Positions 19,489-29,991 of a DNA stretch of 64,000 bases are shown here, in pieces. This DNA comes from Candidatus Moraniibacteriota bacterium (GTDB taxonomy: Bacteria > Patescibacteriota > Minisyncoccia > Moranbacterales > UBA2206). How positions within the stretch are numbered: the stretch's first letter is position 1; each line of letters opens with the position of its first letter. Under the pieces are notes generated by a model. The model did no database searches, was not told the DNA's origin, and was given only the letters and a program-made list of their open reading frames with translations. A program made the position numbers and the translations under genes. The DNA is taken from the NCBI GenBank assembly GCA_049297495.1, contig JBAQUL010000015.1, forward strand, positions 128,609 through 192,608, in the 5' to 3' direction.

Positions 19489-19764
19489 CTATCCAACTAC
19501 CGCTAGAATATCTTCTGCTTTAAGTATCAGACATTCTTCTCCGGCAATTTTAATTTCCGTGCCACTATATTTGGCGAAAATCACAGATTGACCCTTCTTC
19601 GCCAGAATCTTCTTACTATCCCCTACAGCGAGCACCTTGCCTTCTTGAGGACGGTCCGCGCTGACATTTTCCGGCAAAAAAATTCCGGATTTAGTTTTTT
19701 GATTTGCCTTAACAAGTTTCACTAAAACATTTTCTCCCAATGGTTTTATGTTTTCTTTTTGCAT
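19489..19764 (-). CDS. groES: Co-chaperonin GroES
   Basis: IKPLGENVLVK...GKVLAVG...KYSGTEIKIAGEECLILKAEDILAVV matches GroES. No groEL is adjacent. Confidence 0.85.
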   Translation of the reverse strand: MQKENIKPLGENVLVKLVKANQKTKSGIFLPENVSADRPQEGKVLAVGDSKKILAKKGQSVIFAKYSGTEIKIAGEECLILKAEDILAVVG

Positions 19765-19809
19765 ATTTAATAAATTTTAATAAATTAAAGTCGAGGTAAT
19801 ATTATTATC

Positions 19810-20505
19810 TCAAATTTTCTCTCCTTTCAATACATAGCTATACAGAAAAATCGCTTGAGAAGCAAAAAGCTTTAGAATTTCCATGTTCTTCGGCTTTCTT
19901 TCCTCATTCTCATCATATCCGTTAATTATAAGACAACTTTTCACATCTTTTATTTTTTGAGGAGATAGAACAACAAGCACTGATCCCTGCTTTTTAATGT
20001 TAATATTCTCACCCATCTCAATTATATCCTTATTGGTGACATTCAGATTGATATGCTCCGCAAGACCTATTTCTTTTTCCGTTTGATTTGTTCTTAAGTT
20101 TATAAAACGAATTGTAGAATAATCCGCCTTAAGCAAAAAATTCGCTGCGTTAATAATTGACTCATAGGTCTCACTTTCTTTTTTCTTATCTAAAATAGAA
20201 TGGTCTGCTAGGCCAAGAGCCACCTCCATAAGAATATCCATCTTTCGGTTCACCTCGCCAATATAGCTATACGAGTCAACCAAATCTTTCACAGCTTGAT
20301 CCATTTTTTTTTGCGCATTCTCTTTTTCCTTTTTTTGATGGGCAATCCTTCTTTCGTTTTGCACGAAAGTTAGAAAAGCAATTGAGCCCAAAATGAAAAT
20401 TGCCACCTCCTCCGCGCGCTCTTCCGCCAGAAAGGAAACATCGTCTCTAACGATATCTGGAATCATGATTGAAACAGAAAATAGAATGGCAAAAATCCAG
20501 TACAT
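19810..20505 (-). CDS. Hypothetical membrane protein
   Basis: N-terminal TM segments, no recognisable motif. Confidence 0.35.
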   Translation of the reverse strand: MYWIFAILFSVSIMIPDIVRDDVSFLAEERAEEVAIFILGSIAFLTFVQNERRIAHQKKEKENAQKKMDQAVKDLVDSYSYIGEVNRKMDILMEVALGLADHSILDKKKESETYESIINAANFLLKADYSTIRFINLRTNQTEKEIGLAEHINLNVTNKDIIEMGENINIKKQGSVLVVLSPQKIKDVKSCLIINGYDENEERKPKNMEILKLFASQAIFLYSYVLKGEKI

Positions 20506-20525
20506 AGTGTTTTACTGCGAATAGA

Positions 20526-21485
20526 TTAATTTTTTAACGATTCCAACAAAAATGTCTTTAACTGGTCCAGTCTATCTTGATCATGAATCGAAACACTCAA
20601 AACATTTTTATTGATCTTAAACATCTCTTTAGTTTTCTGCTCAATAATTTTGGCGTCTACCATATCAGTCTTTGTAAGTAAAATAATCTCCTTTTTCTCA
20701 ATCAGCTCTTTGGAATATTTTTTTAACTCCTCTCGAATAACCTTATAATCCCTCTCGAGATCATCTGATTCCAAGCTAATGCAGTGCAATAATATCTTAG
20801 TTCTTTGAATATGGCGCAAAAACTTCGTTCCTAATCCCCTGCCTTCTGAAGCGCCTTCAATCAATCCTGGAATATCAGCTAGGATGATATTCTCCATAAC
20901 GCCCAAATTTGGCTCTAGCGTAGTAAAATCGTAGTTTCCTACCTTTGCCTTGGAAGCGGTAAGTTCGTTAAGCAGAGAGGATTTCCCGGCGCTGGGAAGA
21001 CCAATGAGACCAGCATCAGCAATAAAACGTAGCTCGACAAAAAAATCCCGCTCCTCACCAGACTTTCCCAGCTCCCGCTCTTTGGGAGAAGTATTGGATG
21101 GTCCGCGAAAGAAAAAATTTCCTCTTCCACCAATTCCTCCACTAGCCACCAGAACGCGCTGACCAACTCTAATTATCTCTATCTGTTTTTTTGAATTAAG
21201 ATCATGGAGAACACTGCCAATCGGTACAGTCAAAACCATATCTTTTCCGCGATGACCTTCAGAATTGTCACTTTTTCCATTTTGACCATTCTCCGCATAA
21301 TACTCTTTTTTGTGCTTATACTTATTGAGGGCTGACAAATTTGAGACGCCTTCAAAATAGATGCTGCCACCGTTTCCACCCTTACCGCCCGTTGGTCCAA
21401 GACTCATCTTGACTTTATTGAAGGCGACAACACCATCTCCTCCTCGTCCAGCAAAGACTTTAATTTTTACTTCGTCAGTAAACAA
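20526..21485 (-). CDS. obg: GTPase Obg/CgtA
   Basis: Gly-rich Obg fold (GGKGGNGG) and G1 motif GLPSAGKSSLLN, with DIPGLIEGAS. Confidence 0.9.
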   Translation of the reverse strand: MFTDEVKIKVFAGRGGDGVVAFNKVKMSLGPTGGKGGNGGSIYFEGVSNLSALNKYKHKKEYYAENGQNGKSDNSEGHRGKDMVLTVPIGSVLHDLNSKKQIEIIRVGQRVLVASGGIGGRGNFFFRGPSNTSPKERELGKSGEERDFFVELRFIADAGLIGLPSAGKSSLLNELTASKAKVGNYDFTTLEPNLGVMENIILADIPGLIEGASEGRGLGTKFLRHIQRTKILLHCISLESDDLERDYKVIREELKKYSKELIEKKEIILLTKTDMVDAKIIEQKTKEMFKINKNVLSVSIHDQDRLDQLKTFLLESLKN

Positions 21486-21510
21486 AATATTTTGATTCTA
21501 AACTAGTTAA

Positions 21511-21750
21511 TTATTTTTTTGGCACCGGATCATATCCCCCGTCATTCCAAGGATGGCAACGAACAATCCTCCGCAAGCCCAATGTTCCACCATGCAAGAC
21601 ACCAAAACGCTCAATAGCTTCATAGGTATATTGACTGCAAGTTGGATGAAAACGACAAATTCGCTCAGAAATAATGTAGGAAAGTGGCCCCTGATCAAGC
21701 GAAAGCGTTTTTTGGTAGAGCTTTATAAGTAATAGGATAATGCGTTTCAT
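21511..21750 (-). CDS. yidD: Membrane protein insertion efficiency factor YidD
   Basis: [16 protein letters not shown] and GxxRIxRCHPWxxGGYDPVP motifs. Confidence 0.85.
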   Translation of the reverse strand: MKRIILLLIKLYQKTLSLDQGPLSYIISERICRFHPTCSQYTYEAIERFGVLHGGTLGLRRIVRCHPWNDGGYDPVPKK

Positions 21751-21832
21751 CTCCTTTAGTTAACTCTAAATAGCGCCTTTTGTCAAGCAAATTTCCCTAT
21801 ATTCTAGCCTTGCTTTTTTTGCAAAAGGCACC

Positions 21833-23614
21833 CTATTCCACATCGCCAACGGCTTGCAGTTTAATCAGTTTCTGGTAAAGCCCACCGGAAAGACGCGAAA
21901 GTTCGATATGATTACCTTCCTCAACCACTCTCCCTTTCTCCAAGACAACAATTTTATCGGCTTTTTTTATAGTACTGAGGCGATGAGCAATCACAATTAC
22001 TGTTCGATTTTTTCTAATCTTATCCATTGCATCCTGGATCAATCTTTCTGAATATGAATCTAAGCTAGAAGTAGCCTCATCAAAAATTAAAATCCGAGGA
22101 TTAGCCAATATCGCCCTAGCAATTCCTATGCGTTGCCGCTGTCCACCAGAAAGCTTGATTCCACGCTCTCCTACTGTCGTGTCATAACCAGCCTTGAGTT
22201 GCAAAATAAACTCTTCCGCATTAGCCGTGCGAGCTGCAGCCATAACCTCATTCATGCTCGCTGTCGGTTTTGCATAAGCAATATTTTCCTTGATACTTGT
22301 ATCAAAGATTTCCACTTCCTGAGGAACAATCGCCATGAATTTACGAAAGGCAAACAAGTCATATTCTCGCAAATCTTTTCCGTCAAGAAGCACCTGGCCT
22401 TCCGAGGGATCATAATGCCTATAAATCATACGCACGACCGTTGTCTTTCCTCCTCCCGATGGTCCGACCAAAGCCGTTACACAACCAGAATTGATCGTAA
22501 AGTTAACCTTACTCAAAGCCCGATTATTACTATCCTTATAGAAAAATGACAAATCCTTAAATTCCAATCTTCCCTCGATGCTTTTTGGCTTAATGCCTTT
22601 AGCAATATTGACAATTTCCGACTCTTCCTTGGAAAGAGTGTGCAGCCTTTCCACAGCTTCACTAGACTCCATTATCCGGTCATACAAGCGTGAAATGCGA
22701 AACAGTGAAAGCAATGCCTTTTCGGAAATCGTATAAACAAAGACTACGCTTCCAATTGTGATCTGACCACGAATAACAAGATAAATCCCAAATATGAGCA
22801 CAAACGCGCGCCCAAGATCAATCACCAAATTTCGCGCTAAATTAAACTTAAGAATCTTGTCATATTCCTTAAGCAAACTGTTTTTCACGCTTTCCGTAGC
22901 ACGAGAGAATTGCACGTATTCGCGAAGTTCAGCAACAAAAGATTTTACGGTATTGATATTTATGATTGATTGAGTCATGATACTCGCGGCAGCCTCTTGT
23001 TGATCAAAACGCTTTCTACGAAAAGGGAAAACCATAGCATTAACCTTGAGTGTCAAAAAAACAAATGCGGGAACAAAAATAAGTACAATAACACCAAAAC
23101 GCCAATTCACAACAAATAGCGTTATTGTGGTGAAAACAACTTGAAAGATTGTTGGCGCCACCTCCCAGAAAAAATTTCCGAACAAAGTGTCGATCTTATC
23201 AATGCCTCTGTTAATTTTAATGATCTTGCTGCCAGTGTTTTCCTTCTCATGATATCCCAAACTCAAAAATACCATTTTCTTGTGAGCATCGTTTGCCAGA
23301 TAAGTTATGATGCCACCTAAGATTTTAAATATTTTTTTATCTGCAACAAAATCCAAAAGTGAAAAAACTTGGTTCGCCAAAAACATCGCGCCCACCAATA
23401 GCAAGATAATTCCCAATTGTGCGGGATCAAAATTAGTAATCTTGTCGATGATGATTTTTAGCATATAGGGACCACCTAGATGCACCACCTCCATTGACAT
23501 GATTAAAATAAGCAGCTGCTTTATCTGCCTGTGGCTAGGAGTTAAGAGTTCCCAAATACTTTTCCAGAAACGTCCTAGGTCAATTTTTGTTTGATTTTCC
23601 GCTTGTTTTTTCAT
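21833..23614 (-). CDS. ABC transporter, fused permease/ATPase (MsbA-like exporter)
   Basis: Six N-terminal TM helices. Walker A GPSGGGKTT, ABC signature LSGGQRQR and Walker B ILIFDEATS. Confidence 0.9.
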   Translation of the reverse strand: MKKQAENQTKIDLGRFWKSIWELLTPSHRQIKQLLILIMSMEVVHLGGPYMLKIIIDKITNFDPAQLGIILLLVGAMFLANQVFSLLDFVADKKIFKILGGIITYLANDAHKKMVFLSLGYHEKENTGSKIIKINRGIDKIDTLFGNFFWEVAPTIFQVVFTTITLFVVNWRFGVIVLIFVPAFVFLTLKVNAMVFPFRRKRFDQQEAAASIMTQSIININTVKSFVAELREYVQFSRATESVKNSLLKEYDKILKFNLARNLVIDLGRAFVLIFGIYLVIRGQITIGSVVFVYTISEKALLSLFRISRLYDRIMESSEAVERLHTLSKEESEIVNIAKGIKPKSIEGRLEFKDLSFFYKDSNNRALSKVNFTINSGCVTALVGPSGGGKTTVVRMIYRHYDPSEGQVLLDGKDLREYDLFAFRKFMAIVPQEVEIFDTSIKENIAYAKPTASMNEVMAAARTANAEEFILQLKAGYDTTVGERGIKLSGGQRQRIGIARAILANPRILIFDEATSSLDSYSERLIQDAMDKIRKNRTVIVIAHRLSTIKKADKIVVLEKGRVVEEGNHIELSRLSGGLYQKLIKLQAVGDVE

Positions 23615-23689
23615 TGATTACACAAAAAAATAGAGGGTACAAACCCTCTATTAATTATAGCCTAAAAACCTTTTTTCTGCAAGTAAGCC

Positions 23690-23926
23690 TTATTTTTTCT
23701 TACCCTTTGCGGATCTTCCAAGGAGTACCGCAACAGCTGCGCCCAAAGCTGCTCCAATTCCTGCAGAAATCATTGCTGCCTTTTCCGGGTTCTTTTTGGC
23801 GTAATCCTCGACTTTCTTCCCTACACTTTCTAGTTCCTTCTTGGCCTTGGCGATCTCTTTCTCGGCCATTTTTTGCACCTCTACTTTCATGTCCGTCGCC
23901 TTGCTTTTAATTTCTTTTGCATCCAT
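23690..23926 (-). CDS. Small membrane-anchored protein (coiled-coil N-terminus, C-terminal TM)
   Basis: 78 aa, K/E-rich helix then GIGAALGAAVAVLLG TM. Confidence 0.35.
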   Translation of the reverse strand: MDAKEIKSKATDMKVEVQKMAEKEIAKAKKELESVGKKVEDYAKKNPEKAAMISAGIGAALGAAVAVLLGRSAKGKKK

Positions 23927-23929
23927 ATA

Positions 23930-24253
23930 TTATTTTTTAATTATTAATAACCCAATTAAAATTGAAAATACTCCAACAATTGCATATCCGACTCCCTTTC
24001 CCATCAGAAGCATCTCATTAATAAACACCACGAGACTAATGAGAGCAAAAATCGTTCCAACGACAATCAAAAAAGTTCCTATTAATCCTCTCTGCAGTGC
24101 CACTATCATCTCCTGAATCCGGTGCTTGATTTTGTCTGCCAATGAATCTGCAAAATTTTTAAAGAAACTCACCCCCAACCCTGAAAACGTTTCATGCCAA
24201 TCAAATGTTGAGTCCCCTTCTTTTTTTACTTTTGTTTTTTTTGTCAATGCCAT
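23930..24253 (-). CDS. Hypothetical membrane protein
   Basis: Two TM helices. No motif. Confidence 0.35.
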   Translation of the reverse strand: MALTKKTKVKKEGDSTFDWHETFSGLGVSFFKNFADSLADKIKHRIQEMIVALQRGLIGTFLIVVGTIFALISLVVFINEMLLMGKGVGYAIVGVFSILIGLLIIKK

Positions 24254-24320
24254 ATTTTTATTTTATTTTAATTTAACTTGTACGCACTTATTATAGCACA
24301 ACATTTCCAATACCGCAAAA

Positions 24321-25013
24321 TCAATATTCGCAAATTTTAATTTTGTTCTCATCGATGGTTATATAGGAGCATGGCAAATCTGTCCAGCAGCCACTATTGT
24401 AATAAACCATGTCATGACTCTTCTTTTCCAAGGCGCGATGCGTATGGCCACAAAAAATATAACTAGCGCCTTGTTTTTTGCCATAATGCAAGGCTGAGTG
24501 AGCCACTTTTTCTGACAAACGCAGCCAACCCTTGCTTTTTCTTTTCAGAAAATGACTAAGCTTTTTTTCATCAGAATCAATCCTTTGAATAAAATCATAA
24601 ACGACAGTCGCTAAATAACTAAGAAAGGCATTATCCACCAAAAACCGATCAAATTGATGCCCATGAATCGCCAGATATTTTTTATGCTTATAATGCCAAG
24701 AATAGGCTTCATAAATCCGCGCGTCTATAAGTGAACCAAAAACATGAATCAATTCTCCATCATGATTACCCATGACCCAACGCACCTTCTTATCCTTGGA
24801 AATTTTACCAATATAGTTCAAAAGATCCCAACATTCTTTTGTCAGATTGCGAAAGTCCATATTGTCAAAAACGTCTCCTAGCAAGATCAACTTGCGAAAA
24901 GAATAGCTTTGCAATAGCTTCAAAACTTTTTCCGGCTGACTGACCGCAGAGCCCAGATGCAAATCTGAAATAATCAAAGTGTGTGTTTTTTTTGTTTCTT
25001 TTTTTTGTTTCAT
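24321..25013 (-). CDS. Calcineurin-like metallophosphoesterase (LpxH-like)
   Basis: ISDLHLG, LLGDVFDN and GNHD metal-binding motifs. Confidence 0.7.
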   Translation of the reverse strand: MKQKKETKKTHTLIISDLHLGSAVSQPEKVLKLLQSYSFRKLILLGDVFDNMDFRNLTKECWDLLNYIGKISKDKKVRWVMGNHDGELIHVFGSLIDARIYEAYSWHYKHKKYLAIHGHQFDRFLVDNAFLSYLATVVYDFIQRIDSDEKKLSHFLKRKSKGWLRLSEKVAHSALHYGKKQGASYIFCGHTHRALEKKSHDMVYYNSGCWTDLPCSYITIDENKIKICEY

Positions 25014-25261
25014 TCTAAGAAATTGAATCGATAAACCCTAAGACCATTATACACTAAAAATCGATTATTCACATTTCCCCTGTCATTGCTTTCTTGGGGT
25101 TGCGTATTTTTTAATCTACCACGAAAAAGATATGCACAAACCGATAGAAACACACCTGGCTAAAATTGGAAAATCACACCCCTCGCAAATATCCAAAAAC
25201 GCCTTAAAAATTAATTAAAGCCCGGCAGAGATTTGCCGAGCTTTAAGCCCCAAAAAAAGGG

Positions 25262-25831
25262 CTAGCGAACTTGCTGTAGCTTACTGATACAGCAAAAGTG
25301 TTTTAGCTGTTCCATGCCATCGTTAAAGAGCTGATTCACCCTTTGTCGAGAAAGCACAAGAACTGAAGCAATTTCTGCGAATGTCAACGCTTGGCCATCA
25401 TCATCCAGGCCAAACCGCATCCAGATTACCGCTTTCTCTTTCGGCTTCAGTTTTTCAGAAACAATTTCCAGACATTCCCGCTGCTCACTGATTTCCAGCT
25501 CGCTGCAAGGATCGGGCAATCCCAGATTCATAGCCCCATCATCAAACGGTATCCGTTCGATGGACACTTCAGATTCCAACTTCGCTACATCCAGTTGATA
25601 GAGTTCGGAAGGAAACAATTCTCTCGCGGAAATATTGAGATAATCGGCAATCCGATAACAGATTTGTCGAAAACGAGAGCCATTCTTTACCACCGGCGAT
25701 TTAGTGAGATTAATATACTGCCTCACCTCGCCTGCTTGCAATCCTAATAGATCACAAAAGGCATCCACCGAACCATACTGAGCGACAATCAAGTCATACA
25801 TTTGAGCATTGTAATAAAAACACTTTTTCAT
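25262..25831 (-). CDS. Small protein with sigma-70 region-4-like HTH (sigma factor-like)
   Basis: The C-terminus EKAVIWMRFGLDDDGQALTFAEIASVLVLSRQRVNQLFNDGMEQLK resembles sigma-70 region 4. It sits in a locally higher-GC patch. Confidence 0.4.
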   Translation of the reverse strand: MKKCFYYNAQMYDLIVAQYGSVDAFCDLLGLQAGEVRQYINLTKSPVVKNGSRFRQICYRIADYLNISARELFPSELYQLDVAKLESEVSIERIPFDDGAMNLGLPDPCSELEISEQRECLEIVSEKLKPKEKAVIWMRFGLDDDGQALTFAEIASVLVLSRQRVNQLFNDGMEQLKHFCCISKLQQVR

Positions 25832-25955
25832 CTGTTACTACCCCTTTCCCCATTTTTGACAATAAATATGCCATTTAACGATTAAACGGCAACCCTTCCC
25901 CTTGTACACAACTGCTATTTTCATGGTAAGAACAATTTACCTAGGTATAGCAGAT

Positions 25956-26999
25956 TTAGCTGGAACTGTCAATCTTTTTTGCTACACGCAACTTTTTCAT
26001 CTGCCTCACTGAATCCTTGAATATTGCAATATTCTTCTTTACCCCATCATGGAGCGGTTTGTCGCTTGATTTTTTCACCGTACTTAATTTAATTATTTGA
26101 TCCTCAAGCGAAATCATTATTTTATCAAATATATCAAACTCAATCTGATTAATTTTTCCATTAACGTCATAATTCATTCCTGAAAGCAAGCTTTTTAATT
26201 CCTCAGCTGATAACCCGATATAAAATACGGGAATATTTTCAATCGGTCTTTTGACTAATTTTTGCGCGCCTGTTGACGCGTCTTTTTTTAGCATCACGCC
26301 GTATTTCAAGGTCGCTCCATCATCCTTGGCAATTCTCTCAACTTTTTGAATTTTATCGCTCAATCGCTCCCCGTCTATTTCACTATGAACCTCATCAATT
26401 GCGCAAATAACAGCTCCCGTTTTTCTATTTACAATCACATTATCAATTCCATTGAAGTAATCATCATATGTACTGGAACGCATAACCATAAATTCAGCGT
26501 CTAGCAATCTATAAAAGAGTGCGATAACCGCTTTTTCCAACAGAAAACTAAGTTTTTTCTCATTATTTTTCTTAAATTGCTCAATTACATTATCAACAAT
26601 ATTCTCATCATTCTTAACGCCAAATTCGTCAATATAATGCAATTGTGTGCTCGGATTATCAGCCGCACTAAACTCAATATTTTTATTTCGAATTCTTTCT
26701 TTATCTGCGTCAACAAAAGTAAGCGCTTTCACTGGTTCCTCCTCATTAGTCACGCTCTGAGCCTCAAGCAAATTGTCTAACTTATTTTTATTGCGATCTC
26801 TTTTTCCTTTTGTTTTCTCACCAGGCCTAAACGCCTCCATGTTAATAGCGTTATCAGAATTGAGTAGCGCCTGATTTTCGCCAAGCGCCTGGAATTCAGC
26901 ATTCAATTTTTGTGCAATCACACTCATCATCCCATCCAACTTCTCTTTGAAATTTTCTGGACTTTTTGGTTTCTGAAATGCTCCGCTTTCCTTGAACAT
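25956..26999 (-). CDS. Hypothetical protein
   Basis: 347 aa ORF, no recognisable motif. Confidence 0.35.
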   Translation of the reverse strand: MFKESGAFQKPKSPENFKEKLDGMMSVIAQKLNAEFQALGENQALLNSDNAINMEAFRPGEKTKGKRDRNKNKLDNLLEAQSVTNEEEPVKALTFVDADKERIRNKNIEFSAADNPSTQLHYIDEFGVKNDENIVDNVIEQFKKNNEKKLSFLLEKAVIALFYRLLDAEFMVMRSSTYDDYFNGIDNVIVNRKTGAVICAIDEVHSEIDGERLSDKIQKVERIAKDDGATLKYGVMLKKDASTGAQKLVKRPIENIPVFYIGLSAEELKSLLSGMNYDVNGKINQIEFDIFDKIMISLEDQIIKLSTVKKSSDKPLHDGVKKNIAIFKDSVRQMKKLRVAKKIDSSS

Positions 27000-27022
27000 A
27001 TTTTTTTAAAAAAATAATTAGC

Positions 27023-27547
27023 CTATTCAATCCATTCTTCTCCAATCGCCTCTTTTGTTTTATATTTAAAAATCACATTCACATCGCACATGCCACCCTC
27101 GCAATAAATTATTCCGAAAAGCTCGAGGATGTTAATCAATTTTTCAAATGACAATGTCACCCTCACTTGCTCAAGCTCTTCTTTTTTCATCGGCAAATCC
27201 TCAAAAAATTCAATCACATTGTCCAGCTCATAGTCTTCGATATCCAAATCATAATCACCAGCTCGAATAGCATTTAAAATACGCACATTTTTAAAAAAGT
27301 TGCGCATTGTAATTGAAAGGGCACTTAAAAGAGCTGCGATAAATAAAAAACCAGCAGTTATCACGGCCGGATCAAATCTCAAAGCAGCCACAATAATAGC
27401 AGCAGAGACTATGATGAAAACCACAATAAATATATTGATGAGAATATTGCCATAAAAATATATGGGGAATTGCCTGATCCGTTCAGTCAGCACGGACTTC
27501 AACTCGACACGATAAGCTTCTTTATTATCAATTTCCATAGTTTTCAT
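27023..27547 (-). CDS. Hypothetical membrane protein
   Basis: Two TM helices, overlaps downstream gene by 20 nt. Confidence 0.35.
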   Translation of the reverse strand: MKTMEIDNKEAYRVELKSVLTERIRQFPIYFYGNILINIFIVVFIIVSAAIIVAALRFDPAVITAGFLFIAALLSALSITMRNFFKNVRILNAIRAGDYDLDIEDYELDNVIEFFEDLPMKKEELEQVRVTLSFEKLINILELFGIIYCEGGMCDVNVIFKYKTKEAIGEEWIE

Positions 27548-28127
27548 TTAAAGCGCTGATTTTTTGTATATCATTTTTCAAAATTTTCAGATCATCCGCC
27601 AGAGGATTTTCTTTCCACGCGTCCAAAATTGCCGCAATAACTTTTAGTTGGTTATCGATGATTTTTTCTTTCGGCGCGTTGAAACGAGAAAATACACTAT
27701 CGCCTCCTTTGGCATAGTCATCCACCAATTCCGTAACGTTACTGAGGATATCAGCTGATTTGAGCAGGAGCGAATCATACGAAAATTTTTCAACATGCAA
27801 AAGCGCTTCTTTTTTTCGTTCGTCCCAGGAAAGTTTTTTGTCTTTTTCTGTCACACTTAACACTAAATTTGAAACCTCTTCGCCAAACCGATCAGCCAGC
27901 ATTTTCTCCGTAACCTTCTTTTCCTCCACACTATCTTCAATTGTATCATGCAAAATTCCCGCCACGATCACATCCTCCTTAGCTCCAGCAGTGGCAAGAA
28001 TTAACCCGACAGTCAAGGGATGAGAAATATAGGCAGTATCTTTGCCCTTGCGCTTTTGCTTTTGATACACTTCGTGAGTCTTTATAGCAAATTTGATAGC
28101 CTTTTTAATTTTTTCAGAGTAGAGCAT
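27528..28127 (-). CDS. HD-domain protein, RelA/SpoT-type (p)ppGpp hydrolase-like (small alarmone hydrolase-like)
   Basis: ISHPLTVGLILATAGAKEDVIVAGILHDTIED matches the RelA/SpoT hydrolase HD motif. 199 aa, no synthetase domain. Confidence 0.55.
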   Translation of the reverse strand: MLYSEKIKKAIKFAIKTHEVYQKQKRKGKDTAYISHPLTVGLILATAGAKEDVIVAGILHDTIEDSVEEKKVTEKMLADRFGEEVSNLVLSVTEKDKKLSWDERKKEALLHVEKFSYDSLLLKSADILSNVTELVDDYAKGGDSVFSRFNAPKEKIIDNQLKVIAAILDAWKENPLADDLKILKNDIQKISALNENYGN

Positions 28128-28133
28128 ACTTTT

Positions 28134-28400
28134 TCATTTATTCCTTTGACTTTTTCCAGCTTCTGAAATTAGCGTTAACTTCTGCGCCCTTTGCAATTTC
28201 TTGATCCGCGCTTCTTCTTTGGAAGCCAAGGAGCGATTCTTGAATTCCCGCACGTATACCACCTTGACCGGCCGACGCGAAGCTGTGTATCTCGCACCCA
28301 GCTTCAGCGTATTATGCTCAGTGGTTCTGCGCCGAAGATCCGTCGTAATGCCAGTGTACAGAGTTTTATCGGCGCATTTGAGAATATAGAGGTAATACAT
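28134..28400 (-). CDS. GIY-YIG nuclease family protein (UPF0213/YhbQ-like)
   Basis: YYLYILKCADKTLYTGITTDLRRRTTEHN is the GIY-YIG signature. Confidence 0.8.
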   Translation of the reverse strand: MYYLYILKCADKTLYTGITTDLRRRTTEHNTLKLGARYTASRRPVKVVYVREFKNRSLASKEEARIKKLQRAQKLTLISEAGKSQRNK

Positions 28401-28402
28401 TA

Positions 28403-28720
28403 CTAATTTACGTTGGTAATATAATTATAAACAAAATAGAGAAAAGCGCTATTTTGAATGATCAGCAGTGGAATCCCGATCGCAAAATACCATTTTTGAG
28501 TTTTGTGACGAAAGACAAACATGCCCAAATACACACCGACACTACCAAAGGCTGTCGCCAGAAAAAAGAGCGTTCCTTCTGAAATCCTTTGGGAACCATC
28601 TTTTCTTGATTTCAATTTATCCCAAAACATCACAAAAAAAGCCAACAGATTCATTGCTAGAAAAAATATCACAACAATCATTGATTGAGTATTTAGTTCC
28701 ATCTTAGTCCAAGAAATCAT
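28403..28720 (-). CDS. DUF1294 membrane protein
   Basis: WDKLKSRKDGSQRISEGTLFFLATAFGSVGVYLGMFVFRHKTQK matches DUF1294 conserved core. Confidence 0.55.
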   Translation of the reverse strand: MISWTKMELNTQSMIVVIFFLAMNLLAFFVMFWDKLKSRKDGSQRISEGTLFFLATAFGSVGVYLGMFVFRHKTQKWYFAIGIPLLIIQNSAFLYFVYNYITNVN

Positions 28721-29159
28721 TAAACTCCGAGATATTTATAAAATCAATTCCAGCGTCAATCGCCGCTCCACTATCTGAACGACTGTCGCCAATCAAGAGA
28801 TATTGCGAACGAGCATTTCTCTCGTCATATATCAAGGCAAAACCGGCCGCTTTCGGCTTCACATATTCAACATCATTACGGGTAACAATTTTTTGAAACT
28901 TATCTATAATCTCAAGTTCGCGAAGTATCGGCGCCACAGTTCGCCTATCGTTAGACGTCCAAAGATATAACTTGGCAAATTTTTCAGCTGACTCAAGCAG
29001 CGGCATGGCAATTGGAGACAATTCGTAGCCGGAATAATAGTCTTTTTCAATCCGATAATTCAGTGCCACAATCCCATCTCTTCCCGCCTTTCCATATTTT
29101 TCAATATACAGATTAACGATATCGGCATAATTAAAATCTGGCTTGTTTTTCGGAGTCAA
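28704..29159 (-). CDS. HAD-superfamily hydrolase-like protein
   Basis: C-terminal GDSRSDSGAAIDAGIDFI resembles HAD motif III/IV. Confidence 0.45.
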   Translation of the reverse strand: MTPKNKPDFNYADIVNLYIEKYGKAGRDGIVALNYRIEKDYYSGYELSPIAMPLLESAEKFAKLYLWTSNDRRTVAPILRELEIIDKFQKIVTRNDVEYVKPKAAGFALIYDERNARSQYLLIGDSRSDSGAAIDAGIDFINISEFNDFLD

Positions 29160-29662
29160 ATCACTTGCAGCAAAAAGTTCATCCAGCTCTTTTCTCCACG
29201 GCGTCCAATCAACAAGTAACGTGCAAAGCGTTTCATCAAAATCGAAGATGATGTGCTTTTTGTTATTAGCGATAATGTATTTTTCAAATTGGTCCTTTTT
29301 GATAATATTAGTTTTAGTCGTTATGTCTTTATGATGCCATTTTAGGATTTTTTTAGCAAATTGAATTTTTCAGCACAATTAAAAAGTGCTGCCTCGCGTG
29401 ACAATGATCACGAGGCAGCACACCCTGAAGTTACGAAATGACAGAACTACCTGTTCTGTGGTATAAAATTCTTCCTCAAGGTTTTCTTCTGTTTGTGAAT
29501 ACCCTTCTGCTGGCCATTGCCACTCGCTCTCGTAGTGATCTGGTTTGTGGAATTGTTGCCCTGCTTTTTAAGCTTCTTACGCATCGGTCCCTCCTTACAA
29601 GTTTTTGTGTTAGAGATAGACTACGGGTATAAATAAAAAATTAACAGAATCAAGAAATTCTG

Positions 29663-29944
29663 TCAATTCTTCCTCTTGCCCCACCGATTTTCAATCCACC
29701 ATTTTTTGATGATTGGCAAAGATTGAGTGGAGAGAAAATAGCCCACCACCGGAATCAAAGCATTTTGCCAATAGCTTGCTACTCCAATCATACGCATAAC
29801 CAAAGCAGCAATCAGGTAGGTCATCACAACAATTGAAACCACGCGAAAAAAGCTCGTCTCCCAAGCCTTATCCGCTTCAACTTTTTGGTTTCGCTTTTTT
29901 ATTTCTAAAATTTCTTGTTCAATTTTTGCGATTCTATCTTCCAT
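29663..29944 (-). CDS. Small membrane protein
   Basis: 93 aa, coiled-coil N-terminus and two TM helices. Confidence 0.3.
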   Translation of the reverse strand: MEDRIAKIEQEILEIKKRNQKVEADKAWETSFFRVVSIVVMTYLIAALVMRMIGVASYWQNALIPVVGYFLSTQSLPIIKKWWIENRWGKRKN

Positions 29945-29991
29945 TGAGTATTTTTTGATTTATATAATTATATAGTTAAATATAAAATTAA

